NCBI GenBank assembly: GCA_048938105.1
Contig: JBHLMN010000003.1
Span: 160,001-224,000, forward strand
Source of the DNA: Promethearchaeota archaeon
GTDB lineage: Archaea > Asgardarchaeota > Heimdallarchaeia > Hodarchaeales > Hodarchaeaceae
Direction of reading: 5' to 3'
DNA: 64,000 bases
A program made the translations under genes and the position numbers. Of this stretch, positions 50,825 through 60,787 are shown one piece after another. Within the stretch, counting starts at the first letter, position 1, and each line of letters starts with the position of its first letter. The notes under the pieces are model-generated. The model searched no databases and was not told where the DNA came from. It worked only from the letters and a program-made list of their open reading frames with translations.

Positions 50825-52543
50825 TTGGTGAGAGTCTTGACTGAAAAAATGACATATGCTGATAAACCTTGGATAAAATCTTACAAGGTTGGACCGTATA
50901 AACTCCCAAAAACTATGAAACCCTATCCTAAAATTCCTGTAACTAAATTTCTTGATGATGCTGCAACAGATTATCCAGATAACATTGCATGTACATTCAT
51001 TGCAGGAGAGTACAAAACAGATTTAACATACTCTGAGTTGAAGCTACAAGTAGATAAACTCGCAACAGCTCTTGATGGTTTAGGAGTGAAAAAAGGGGAT
51101 AGAGTTGCGACCATTCTACCTTCTTGTCCTCAATTCATTATGGCTGATTATGCAATCATGAAACTTGGAGCGGTGCATGTTCCACTCAGTATCTTACATA
51201 AAGCTCCCGAAGTGCTATATGAATTAAAAGAATCTGGCACTGAAACCGTTATATGTTCCTTTAGACGTCTTGAAAGAATTGATGCAATTAAAGATGAGAT
51301 TAAGTTAAAAAATGTGATCTATACACCAATCCCTTTATTTCCTGATTATTCAATCCCTGAAATGATAAAATTACCTGAAATTGTTAATCTACACCGATTT
51401 GAAGATTTAATCAAAAAAAGTGACAGTAATCCTCCAACAGTCGAAATCAATCCAATGGAGGATCTTGCATTACTCCCATTCACAGGGGGAACGACAGGGG
51501 TTCCAAAAGCAACTATGTTAACTCATTATAACATCACGACTAACGTGATTCAGTCAGTCCAGTGGATGATGCATCCTTTACGTGCAGGTATCAAAGGGAA
51601 AGCTGCTGCATTAATCTGTCTCCCCATCTTTCATCAGGCAGGGCATTTTTTGATGCATGCTGGAATTTCATGGGGATTGCGTGGCTTCTTAATTGATGGA
51701 CGGGATCTATTATTAATAATGGATATAATCAATGAGCATCGTCCGTTCATTGTAGGCGGTGTACCAACACATTACATGTTACTACTTGACAATCCAAACC
51801 TAAAAAGGATACCCATTTTCTTCTTCTCTGGTGCAGCTGCTTTACCACATGATGTTGCAGAAAGGTGGGAAAAAAAAGTTGGGACTCCATTGAGCGAGGG
51901 ATATGGTATGACAGAAGCATGCGCTGTTACTCATATGAATCCATCGGGCCTTTCTAAAGTCACTGGTTTTATGTCAAAAGCAAAGAGATCAGTGGGAGTC
52001 CCTGTTGCTGATACAGAGGTGAAAATTATCAATCTAGAGACAGGTGAAGAAGTCCCCTTTGGTGAACCAGGTGAACTGTGGATTCGTGGACCTCAAACTA
52101 TGAGAGGCTACTGGCCAACAGTAGGTAAGGGGTTACAAGAAGGGGGCTGGTTAGCTACTGGTGATGTTGCGAAAATGGATGAGGATGGCTACTTTTACAT
52201 TGTCGACCGCATAAAAGATATGATTAATGTCAGTGGAATGAAGGTCTACTCTCAAACTGTCGATGATGTATTGCATGGCCATCCTGCAGTTAGTGTTGCA
52301 GGTGTGATTGGAGTTCAGGATCCAGAACGTCCAGGTAGTGAGAGAGTTAAAGCATTCGTGGCTCTAAGAGATGATTATAGAGAGAAGATTACTTCTGATG
52401 ACATACTTCAGTATTGCAAGGACAATCTCCCCTCATACGCTGTCCCAAAATATATTGAAGTTAGAGAATTGTTACCACTGACCCCAGTTATGAAACTTGA
52501 TAAGAAAAGATTAAGAGAAGAAGAGAAGTCACAAAAACTATGA
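50825..52543 (+). CDS. Long-chain acyl-CoA ligase (AMP-binding)
   Basis: FTGGTTGVPK, EGYGMTE, GELWIRGP, TGD, DRIKD. Confidence 0.9.
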   Translation: MVRVLTEKMTYADKPWIKSYKVGPYKLPKTMKPYPKIPVTKFLDDAATDYPDNIACTFIAGEYKTDLTYSELKLQVDKLATALDGLGVKKGDRVATILPSCPQFIMADYAIMKLGAVHVPLSILHKAPEVLYELKESGTETVICSFRRLERIDAIKDEIKLKNVIYTPIPLFPDYSIPEMIKLPEIVNLHRFEDLIKKSDSNPPTVEINPMEDLALLPFTGGTTGVPKATMLTHYNITTNVIQSVQWMMHPLRAGIKGKAAALICLPIFHQAGHFLMHAGISWGLRGFLIDGRDLLLIMDIINEHRPFIVGGVPTHYMLLLDNPNLKRIPIFFFSGAAALPHDVAERWEKKVGTPLSEGYGMTEACAVTHMNPSGLSKVTGFMSKAKRSVGVPVADTEVKIINLETGEEVPFGEPGELWIRGPQTMRGYWPTVGKGLQEGGWLATGDVAKMDEDGYFYIVDRIKDMINVSGMKVYSQTVDDVLHGHPAVSVAGVIGVQDPERPGSERVKAFVALRDDYREKITSDDILQYCKDNLPSYAVPKYIEVRELLPLTPVMKLDKKRLREEEKSQKL

Positions 52544-52544
52544 G

Positions 52545-52868
52545 ATGCCTCATTTGACTGATATAACAGACCATCGTAGATTTATTCTGATAACAGTAAG
52601 ATTCTTTGCATCTTTCAAACAAATTACAAACAAGCGTGAAAGAGAAATTAATATAGAGGAAGGAACAACCATCCAACAACTCTTAGAGATTTTATTTGAT
52701 CAATATAGCGCATTAAAAGACAAAATTTTCGATGATAATAATGAGATTAGACAGTGGATACAAATTTTAAAAAATGGACGAAATATTAAATTCCTAAATG
52801 GTGTTGAAACTATATTAACAAATGGGGATATAATAGCTCTGTTTCCACCTGTAGCTGGGGGCGTTTAG
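52545..52868 (+). CDS. MoaD/SAMP ubiquitin-like sulfur carrier
   Basis: VRFFA...ILKNGRNI...GDIIALFPPVAGG followed by one extra Val. Confidence 0.88.
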   Translation: MPHLTDITDHRRFILITVRFFASFKQITNKREREINIEEGTTIQQLLEILFDQYSALKDKIFDDNNEIRQWIQILKNGRNIKFLNGVETILTNGDIIALFPPVAGGV

Positions 52869-52941
52869 ATATCTATAGCGATAATTTGAGGAGAACAGGT
52901 CTTTTAATTTTCATACCGACAATTTCTTGGTTATGATATGT

Positions 52942-53109
52942 GTTTAGCAAGATGTTCAAAATCGAATCGGCCTTTATCTATCTCATAAAATCATAGAGGA
53001 ACATGGTGGAAATTTATTCGTTAAGAGTGAAGGAACAGATAGTAGAATAGGGAGGGATGATAGAATTATCCTAAAAACAACTCTAATAAATCATTCTTGT
53101 TCTAGATAA
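52942..53109 (+). pseudogene. Remnant of a histidine-kinase HATPase C-terminus
   Basis: Frame from 52966 reads IGLYLSHKIIEEHGGNLFVKSEG (G2 box region); no upstream part of the gene. Confidence 0.6.
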
Positions 53110-53324
53110 CATCCAATAAGGGAAATTAGAATTAATTTGACTATCTTTTTATAGTCAGCACGCCTTTTATCTCTAAATGCACATTTTTCAATTATGATAT
53201 CTAAAAATAATTTGGTACGGATGTGTAATGGAAGATCATTGGAAAAAAACCGTATTAAAACACAATACTCTTTGAATTCATTACTAATTACCCAATAATA
53301 AACCAAACTAAGGTAAAAATATAA

Positions 53325-54899
53325 ATGACTCTCAAGCATGCAATTACATTGGAATCCGAGGAAGGCCTTAAAGAACTCCTAGACTTTCTTCGTCAAACAG
53401 GTATTCATTTTTCCTCTGAATACGAAGAGAGAGTAAGTAAGAGGTTAAGAATCGTAGCAGAGATAAACGGTTTCAAGAATTACTTTGAATTACTAAATTT
53501 GTTAAATGTTGACTCACAAACTCGTATAAATCTATTTAATTGGTTAGAAAACGGGAAGGCTTACAATGAAACAGAAAATTCTTTCATTCCTTTAGTTAAG
53601 CGTTATAAAAATCAAGAAAAATACATAGATGCCTCAAAGAAGAAGAGAAAGAAGATAGTAAGTAAAATTAAAATTAATAAATGGGAGAAATCACAAACAG
53701 CTATTGAAAAAGAAGAAATTTGGTCTGAATCAGAAAAAGACTTGAAAAAACTACTAAACTTTTTTAGACGTAAGAAAGTAAATTTCGCATCTAAAGATGA
53801 AGTAAGAATAATTAAACGGTTAAGGCTAATAACAAAGAGACTTGGCCTCAAGAGTTTCTTAGAGTTGTTGAATTTGTTAAGTATTGATCCACAAACTCTT
53901 GAGGGTGTATTGAGCTGGTTGGAAAAAGGAAAAGTCTACAATGAAGAGGTAAATTCGTTCACCCCTCTCATAAGACGAGAGAATATTTTGAAAGACTCTT
54001 TTCCACAAAAAGAAACAAGAACTAAGAGGAAAAAAAAGAAACAAAGAGGGGGTTTTTTGAATTTTTTACCCTCAATTCCTGACCCACCTGATACAAGAAA
54101 CCTTTCGTCAATCTATGACTTTTTGTCCAAAAATGATATTAATTTTGGGGCTTACAAAGAGAAGTACTTCCTAAGGCGCCTACATAGCCGAATGTTGAAA
54201 GTTGATGCGACTACTTATCAAGAGTACCAAGAAATTTTAGAAACTGATCCATCAGAAATTAGTTTGCTTATTGATAATCTATCTATAAATGTAACCCGGT
54301 TTTTTAGAGATAAGGATCTGTGGACTAAACTAAACACAGAAATCCTGCCAATAATTAGTTCAGATATATCTAAATCGATTCGTGTTTGGAGTGCTGGTTG
54401 TGCAATTGGTCCAGAACCCTACAGTATTGCTATACTCATGTTTGACAGATTCAAAAATTCTATTCTAGATAACCTTCAAATTTTAGCAACAGATATCCGT
54501 CAGGAATTTTTGGAACAGGCAAAAGCCGGAATATATTCGAAAGATCTATTAGAAGAAATGAATCCAGTAAAAATCCAAAAATATTTCAAGCCTCTGGGTA
54601 GTGAATTATTCCAACTATCTGTAAACATTCGAAATAAAGTTACGTTCAAATTTCATGATCTTAGAAAATCCCCTCCTTTCCGCAATTTAGATCTAATAAT
54701 ATGTCGCAATGTATTAATCTATTTTTCAAGAACCCAAAGTGAAAAACTTTTTCAGCGCTTTCATTCAGCACTAAATTCGAAAGGGTATCTTGTGCTGGGT
54801 AAATGCGAACTCGTTCCTATACCTGTAAGACATCTATTCACGGTTATTGACGCAAAAACTCGGATTTATCAGCGAAAGAAACTTGAAGATGTCATATAA
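53325..54899 (+). CDS. cheR: CheR-type protein-glutamate methyltransferase with two extra CheR_N-like repeats
   Basis: INVTRFFRD, RVWSAGCAIGPEPYS, ATDI, DLIICRNVLIYF, GYLVLG. Confidence 0.85.
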   Translation: MTLKHAITLESEEGLKELLDFLRQTGIHFSSEYEERVSKRLRIVAEINGFKNYFELLNLLNVDSQTRINLFNWLENGKAYNETENSFIPLVKRYKNQEKYIDASKKKRKKIVSKIKINKWEKSQTAIEKEEIWSESEKDLKKLLNFFRRKKVNFASKDEVRIIKRLRLITKRLGLKSFLELLNLLSIDPQTLEGVLSWLEKGKVYNEEVNSFTPLIRRENILKDSFPQKETRTKRKKKKQRGGFLNFLPSIPDPPDTRNLSSIYDFLSKNDINFGAYKEKYFLRRLHSRMLKVDATTYQEYQEILETDPSEISLLIDNLSINVTRFFRDKDLWTKLNTEILPIISSDISKSIRVWSAGCAIGPEPYSIAILMFDRFKNSILDNLQILATDIRQEFLEQAKAGIYSKDLLEEMNPVKIQKYFKPLGSELFQLSVNIRNKVTFKFHDLRKSPPFRNLDLIICRNVLIYFSRTQSEKLFQRFHSALNSKGYLVLGKCELVPIPVRHLFTVIDAKTRIYQRKKLEDVI

Positions 54900-54984
54900 T
54901 TTTTCTCCTCAAAAGTCCATGAAAAAAAAGGTTTTTGTCACTATACAATGATTGGGAGTAAAAGAAAAAGAAGGGAAGGATAAA

Positions 54985-56322
54985 TTAAAATCTTGTATCA
55001 GAAACTCCCCACGCCTCCATCGCTCGTACAAGCTCTGGGTATTCTTCTTCATGTTCTTCAACGTAATCTTCGAAGTCCTCACTTGCAGCAGCTAAATCCT
55101 TCATCCCAATATCGATAGCTTGACGGAAAGCTTTAGCTCCAGCAACAGGACCATCAGGATGAGCATGAATCCCTCCACCTGATCCAATCATTATATCTTT
55201 TCCAAGATCCTGCATAACTCTTATAACCATCCCAGGGGTAATTCCACCCGAAGGCATGGGTAGGCTTGGTTTTAAGTGATGCATCCGATAACGGTGAGCT
55301 TTTGCAATACCAAGATATTTTTCTTTTAAATAGGGAGCTTTTCCATAAGGTGCTGGATAAACAACAATATCAGCTCCAGCTAACCTAGCAAGCTTTCCCA
55401 TTATTAGAAAAGATGAAACTCCTGAATATGGCGACTCATAAAAAGCTCCAGCGAAGTCCATATGAGCGAGAATTGGCAATTTGACTTCTTTATCTTCTGC
55501 TAACATCCTCAATGCAGGAAGCCCAACGACTAAATAATTCAGCATTAATGCGTTTCCTCCAACATCTTGGACAGCTAACGCGTTTTCCTTTAATTTTGTG
55601 ATTTTATCGGTAATATTCACAGTATAAAGAGTTTCCTCTCCCGTTTCTTCCCGCACTTTGTCTACTGCTTCCATCATGATAGGAACTCTATCACTTATCT
55701 TATTATAATCCATATCAGCGATAAGTTCATCATCTTTGACAACATCACACCCACCTAAAGCAGCGGAATAAAATAACTGTGCTCCTACCTCTGGAGTCCA
55801 ACCACTACATGGCTTGATCATATTATTTAATAGAGGACGATCTGGAACTTTAAGCAACTTTCGAATTCCTGTGATACCAAATTTCGGTCCTTTAAAATTC
55901 TTGATCCACTTTTTAGGAAATCGAAGATCCAATAATTTTAACTTCCCACCCATTGAAATGTTCCCAATGGTAGCTGTTAGCATGAGGCCAATCTGATCTG
56001 TTTGATTAATAGCAGGAAAAGCGATTTGGTAGATGTAATTACGTTCCTCAACGTTTTTAGGAACTTCAAACTCGTATGAGGGAACCTCATAAAGACCAAT
56101 TACTTTAGCACCAAATTTTGATCGCAATTCAGGAGTGTTAGCAGGGACAGGTACCCAGGTACCAGTTGACTGCTCACAGGCAGCAGCTCTCCCTATAAAC
56201 CAAGGATCCATCCTAGGTCCAAGTTGAACCATATAAGTACCAATAATGTATTCTTCAGGATTGATACCCTCTTGAAGAGCTTCTTCAATATGATCATACT
56301 GAGTAAAAATATCCTTAGACAT
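54985..56322 (-). CDS. RuBisCO-like protein (form IV)
   Basis: EQSTGTW, GPKFG, IKPCSG (KPK replaced by KPC), VKDDE, PMPSGG, GGGIHAHPDG; ATG at 56322. Confidence 0.88.
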   Translation of the reverse strand: MSKDIFTQYDHIEEALQEGINPEEYIIGTYMVQLGPRMDPWFIGRAAACEQSTGTWVPVPANTPELRSKFGAKVIGLYEVPSYEFEVPKNVEERNYIYQIAFPAINQTDQIGLMLTATIGNISMGGKLKLLDLRFPKKWIKNFKGPKFGITGIRKLLKVPDRPLLNNMIKPCSGWTPEVGAQLFYSAALGGCDVVKDDELIADMDYNKISDRVPIMMEAVDKVREETGEETLYTVNITDKITKLKENALAVQDVGGNALMLNYLVVGLPALRMLAEDKEVKLPILAHMDFAGAFYESPYSGVSSFLIMGKLARLAGADIVVYPAPYGKAPYLKEKYLGIAKAHRYRMHHLKPSLPMPSGGITPGMVIRVMQDLGKDIMIGSGGGIHAHPDGPVAGAKAFRQAIDIGMKDLAAASEDFEDYVEEHEEEYPELVRAMEAWGVSDTRF

Positions 56323-56471
56323 GTTTTCAACACCAAGATAATAAGAGTTGGATAGGAAATTAAGGTTTTTCATTTGAGATGAATACTAGTGGAAAGTTTT
56401 ATCAAATATTAAGTTCGTATCTACTGGTTATTAAACCTCATTTTGAATAAATCCTCTGCAGGTGTAAAAAA

Positions 56472-59400
56472 GTGTTCCGAAAGATCATAGGAGGAGTAGG
56501 GTTCTTAATCATTGTGTTCTTACTGTTAGGCTCAATTGAAGGCTTAATTTTTTATCAAACTCATCCGAATAATCTATCTCAGTTATCAGATCCAAGTATT
56601 GAATGTAATTCCGAAAAATACACTGAAAAAGAATCCCCAACAGAAGATTCTGTTAGTAATAACTTCAGATACACCCCCTTTGAGTACATGTATCCAGTAA
56701 ATCCCAAAATTCGGCCGCCTCTCGCAAGTATTAAGTCAAGTGCTCCTACTAGCAAGAAAAGCGATGTTACGACTGGAACTGTCAAAATTGCGGTTTTACT
56801 GGTTGGTTTTAGTAATGTGAGCTTTGATAGCGCTCATAATTCAAATTATTACGCAAATCTCATTTTCAATCATAGTAATCCAAAGAGCGTTGCTAGCTAT
56901 TATTGGGAGAATTCGTATGGACAATTGAATATAACGGGAGAAATAATTGGAGGAATCTACCTCTCCTCGCATACTAGTCGCTATTGGGGGGAAGATTCAG
57001 CATCAGGAAACGTTTTTCCACAGGTTGATGACAAGAATGACTACATCTATAATTTAGTCGTTGAAGGAGTTCAACTCGCTGATCCAAATGTTAATTTTAC
57101 GAGGTTTGACGTAAACAGAGACAGTATCGTCGATTATCTACTAGTTGTTCATGCTGGAGACGCTCAGGAAAGCACTGGAGTTTCCAATCACATTTGGTCT
57201 CATCGTTGGAGTGTTCAAACAAAATGTGTTGTTGATAGAGTTGTAGTGAAAGATTATACAATGTGTGCTGAAACTTCTCCAATGGGAACTTTTGCCCATG
57301 AATTAGGGCACGCAATCGGGAATCTACCTGATTTATATGACACTGATTATTCTTCTGATGGAATTGGACGTTGGGGACTTATGGGAGCAGGAGCATGGAA
57401 TTACAATGATACATTAGGCTCAGGAGAAAAACCTGGAGACACACCAGCCCATTTTTGTGCATGGTCGAAGATAAAAATGGGATGGCTTATACCTACTATT
57501 GTTACAACTAACCTATTTGGAAAAACTCTTCCAGCTATTGAGACATCAAATCATGATAGTGTAATGAAGATATTTTTATCAAATGATACAAATAGTGTGT
57601 CTCTGCGTGAGTATTTTTTAGTCTGTTTTCGCAATCAAACTGGCTTTGATAGTGCACTCCCAGGTTCAGGTATCCTTATTTGGCATATTGATGAATGTAA
57701 CATTTATGAAGGGAATGATGGAGAAAAACGAAAACTTGTTGATTTGGAAGAGGCAGATGCTATCGACCCGATGGGCATTATATGGGAACAGCTTGACTAT
57801 TATCATAGCCAGCCAGGAGGAGTTCAAAATCCTGATGATGAAGGGAATATTACTGACCCTTGGTCACCTGGAACGGTTTTCTCTTGGGGATCTGCTCCAA
57901 ATAGTGATAGTAATGATGGTATAAAGACTTATATCAATATAAGTGTCAATACATTGAATGAAATCGATATTTCCGTTGCCTATGATCCATTTCCTTGGGA
58001 TTATACATTATTTTTGATGGATCAAACAGCTATTAATATTAACGATGATGAACCTTCTATTATAGAACATAGCTCAGGCAGCTTCTCTGTAGTTTGGCAA
58101 ACTAATAGAACGGGTGATTGGGACATCTATGGCTCCCAAACTGGGGATGCAGGCCAGACATGGAGTTCTGCAATTCCAATTACATCAAATTCGTCAGATG
58201 ATTATAGTCCCTCACTAATTTATTGGTATCCTCCTGCATATTGGGCTCGCACATTTGTCCCAGACATAGTAAGTAGACCTATTCCTGCAGGAGATATAAG
58301 TTTAAATACTCAACCACCATTACACTACATTGTAGCATTTGTATCTGACCGAACTGGTAATCCTGAGATATTTATCACAATAAGTCCAGATTTTAAAAAC
58401 AACTCATGGAGTCAACCAGTTCAAATAACAAATGATTCGGCTTATGATTTAGATCCGTGTTTAATTCAAACACCTAGTGGAGATTTGGGCTTATTCTGGG
58501 CTTCTAATCGGACTGGTAATTATGAAATCTACTTCATTGAAGAACCATGGAATACCTCAAATATTGTACAAGTCACTAATAATCTCGATTTAGATCGTGG
58601 TCCTTCTTATTGTCTTTCACAGAATAATACTCACCTGGTGGCATTTGAACGAAAAGTGGGGGGTACCTCTAACATTCACCTTCTTAGTTCAACAGATTTA
58701 ACTTCGTGGATTTCCTCTTCGATTACATGTACAAATCCCTTGGTTGATTCAACTGAACCTTCACTTGTTGAACGTGAGGATGGATCATTATTAATCGCCT
58801 TCACTCAAACTTCTGGATCAAACGAGAAAATTTGTCAAGTTATTTCTTCTAATTGGATCAACTGGTCTCCTCATTTGGTTATGGGCATCCCCAAAAATGC
58901 TAGTAGTCCATCATTAATAGAAGCGAAGTGTGGGGCTTTATTCATGGCATATACAACGTATGATGTTAACCTTATCCCACATGTGTACTTAATTCATACT
59001 ACTTTATGCTACCGTTTTGGTGTAGGGATAGATTATCCTCGTGATACTGGTACCTCATTTTTTAATCCATCTCATGTTGAACAAGGCTCAAACTGGGTCT
59101 TTACAGGAGAAATGCGATTAAATCTATCGGATGCAGCTATACCTGCTAATAATGCTTCAATAGTCGTCACGGATACTAGAAACACTTGGGACGAGAGTGA
59201 TGATGAGATTATCTTTAATATCCAGTTAAAACAGGAAGACTATCCACAGTTTCTACCAATACTTGATCCAGTGATTGGTGTAGGAGCTTTCACTATTCCT
59301 TTAGATGAATTTCAAGTACATTTTGGAAAATTACCAACAGGAACCATTCTTCATTTTCGGATAGGTTGGTTTTATAAAGATTTTAATGAACAATCAAAAA

Positions 59401-60452
59401 ACATAACAGGATCTATCTATATCGAATTATTAATTCCTCAGGATCATATCCAATTTGAAGGAAATATTCCAACTCCAACGACGGTTGATTATCCTTTATC
59501 AATTCAAGCACCAATTATCCAAGGATATGTTAATTATGGTGTTGAATCTGTAACTCTTGCATTATATGATACTGCAGATGAACCCCCACCCCTCCCTGAA
59601 AATGGTTTGCATTCTCAACCTCCATTTGGGAGTACTTCTAAAAGAAATATTGTGTCTTGTTCTCAAAAAGCTATCTCAAACGCCATTGTTACTCTGTATT
59701 CTCAACAAACCATTGTTTTTACTGAATTAACAAAAGTCAAAGGTGTTTGGACAACATATCTTCCGAATCTAAGAGACGATACAATTACCAGAGTTGTGGC
59801 TACCTCAAATGGAATATATCCCCGGAAAACTGCAGAACTCTTTGTCCAAAAATCTCCATGGGATACTAATCCTCCTCAATTAATTCATATTAAGCCAATT
59901 ACGACTCAAACTGAAGAAATGCCAATTGTATTTTCAGAACAGATAACCGATGATCAAGGAGTCTATAATTACGGTATTGATAATACCTCTGTTACATTTT
60001 CTTATAATGTATTGAATAACCAAGAATCATGGATTGAGGTTTCATACTCCGCTAGTGATCCAAATTGGTCCAAAATCGGTAATATATACAATTACACCCT
60101 CAGTTTGAGCGAATCAGATGATCCGATATATATTACATACTACTGGTCAGCTAGTGACTTAGCATACCCAAGTAATCATGCCACTGATGGAAATCAAGAA
60201 ACACCATATTATATAGGAATATATCAAAGGGAAACTGAAATTTATACGACTACAATCACTGATATTACTACAAAAACACTTCAAAATACAACGACTATTA
60301 CAGTCCCCACTACTGTCTCTTTAAATGCTACTTCTGTTACTTCTACTACTAGTGCCACCACAAAACCAGGCCCAGCAATTGGATTCGAATTCTTGGTGAT
60401 TATTGGGACACTTGGAACAACCATAGTTGTCTGTAGAAAGAAACGTCATTAA
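56472..60452 (+). CDS. Secreted M6 (immune inhibitor A-like) metalloprotease with propeller-like repeats and a C-terminal anchor
   Basis: HAG..QE, IWSHRW, AHELGH..LPDLYD, LMGAG, AWSK..MGW; repeated S.RTGN.EI; Thr-rich linker, then GFE-TM-RKKRH. Confidence 0.88.
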   Translation: MFRKIIGGVGFLIIVFLLLGSIEGLIFYQTHPNNLSQLSDPSIECNSEKYTEKESPTEDSVSNNFRYTPFEYMYPVNPKIRPPLASIKSSAPTSKKSDVTTGTVKIAVLLVGFSNVSFDSAHNSNYYANLIFNHSNPKSVASYYWENSYGQLNITGEIIGGIYLSSHTSRYWGEDSASGNVFPQVDDKNDYIYNLVVEGVQLADPNVNFTRFDVNRDSIVDYLLVVHAGDAQESTGVSNHIWSHRWSVQTKCVVDRVVVKDYTMCAETSPMGTFAHELGHAIGNLPDLYDTDYSSDGIGRWGLMGAGAWNYNDTLGSGEKPGDTPAHFCAWSKIKMGWLIPTIVTTNLFGKTLPAIETSNHDSVMKIFLSNDTNSVSLREYFLVCFRNQTGFDSALPGSGILIWHIDECNIYEGNDGEKRKLVDLEEADAIDPMGIIWEQLDYYHSQPGGVQNPDDEGNITDPWSPGTVFSWGSAPNSDSNDGIKTYINISVNTLNEIDISVAYDPFPWDYTLFLMDQTAININDDEPSIIEHSSGSFSVVWQTNRTGDWDIYGSQTGDAGQTWSSAIPITSNSSDDYSPSLIYWYPPAYWARTFVPDIVSRPIPAGDISLNTQPPLHYIVAFVSDRTGNPEIFITISPDFKNNSWSQPVQITNDSAYDLDPCLIQTPSGDLGLFWASNRTGNYEIYFIEEPWNTSNIVQVTNNLDLDRGPSYCLSQNNTHLVAFERKVGGTSNIHLLSSTDLTSWISSSITCTNPLVDSTEPSLVEREDGSLLIAFTQTSGSNEKICQVISSNWINWSPHLVMGIPKNASSPSLIEAKCGALFMAYTTYDVNLIPHVYLIHTTLCYRFGVGIDYPRDTGTSFFNPSHVEQGSNWVFTGEMRLNLSDAAIPANNASIVVTDTRNTWDESDDEIIFNIQLKQEDYPQFLPILDPVIGVGAFTIPLDEFQVHFGKLPTGTILHFRIGWFYKDFNEQSKNITGSIYIELLIPQDHIQFEGNIPTPTTVDYPLSIQAPIIQGYVNYGVESVTLALYDTADEPPPLPENGLHSQPPFGSTSKRNIVSCSQKAISNAIVTLYSQQTIVFTELTKVKGVWTTYLPNLRDDTITRVVATSNGIYPRKTAELFVQKSPWDTNPPQLIHIKPITTQTEEMPIVFSEQITDDQGVYNYGIDNTSVTFSYNVLNNQESWIEVSYSASDPNWSKIGNIYNYTLSLSESDDPIYITYYWSASDLAYPSNHATDGNQETPYYIGIYQRETEIYTTTITDITTKTLQNTTTITVPTTVSLNATSVTSTTSATTKPGPAIGFEFLVIIGTLGTTIVVCRKKRH

Positions 60453-60497
60453 TTTCAAGTCCCTCCTTTTTCTTTTAAAAAAGAAAGACCTATTTGG

Positions 60498-60650
60498 TTA
60501 CTGTTGATATTTTAGAGGGTCAGGTATATCAGGAATGTCTGGAGTTGCTCTTGGTGAAAGCTTTCTTCGACATTCAACGCATATCCCACTAGGATGGGGA
60601 CGCATCATCATTTTACCACATCTCTTACAAGGCCCAAGGACTTCTCCCAA
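60498..60650 (-). CDS. 50-aa zinc-finger microprotein (not in the ORF track)
   Basis: TTG start after GGAGATG; MGEVLGPCKRCGKMMMRPHPSGICVECRRKLSPRATPDIPDIPDPLKYQQ*. Confidence 0.7.
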   Translation of the reverse strand: MGEVLGPCKRCGKMMMRPHPSGICVECRRKLSPRATPDIPDIPDPLKYQQ

Positions 60651-60787
60651 ATAATTTCATCTCCATCATGATTTCATGTTAACTCTGACAATCGATACTA
60701 TAAATTTTCTCATTATTTATAGAAATCCGATTAAAATTATTTAGAGAATTGAAAATAACCTTTGTCAAAACGATTAATCTAACGGAT

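Noticed and set aside
54985-56322. True CO2-fixing form III RuBisCO
   Set aside because: KPK is KPC, and GxDFxKDDE and HRA are altered (GCDVVKDDE, HMD), consistent with form IV
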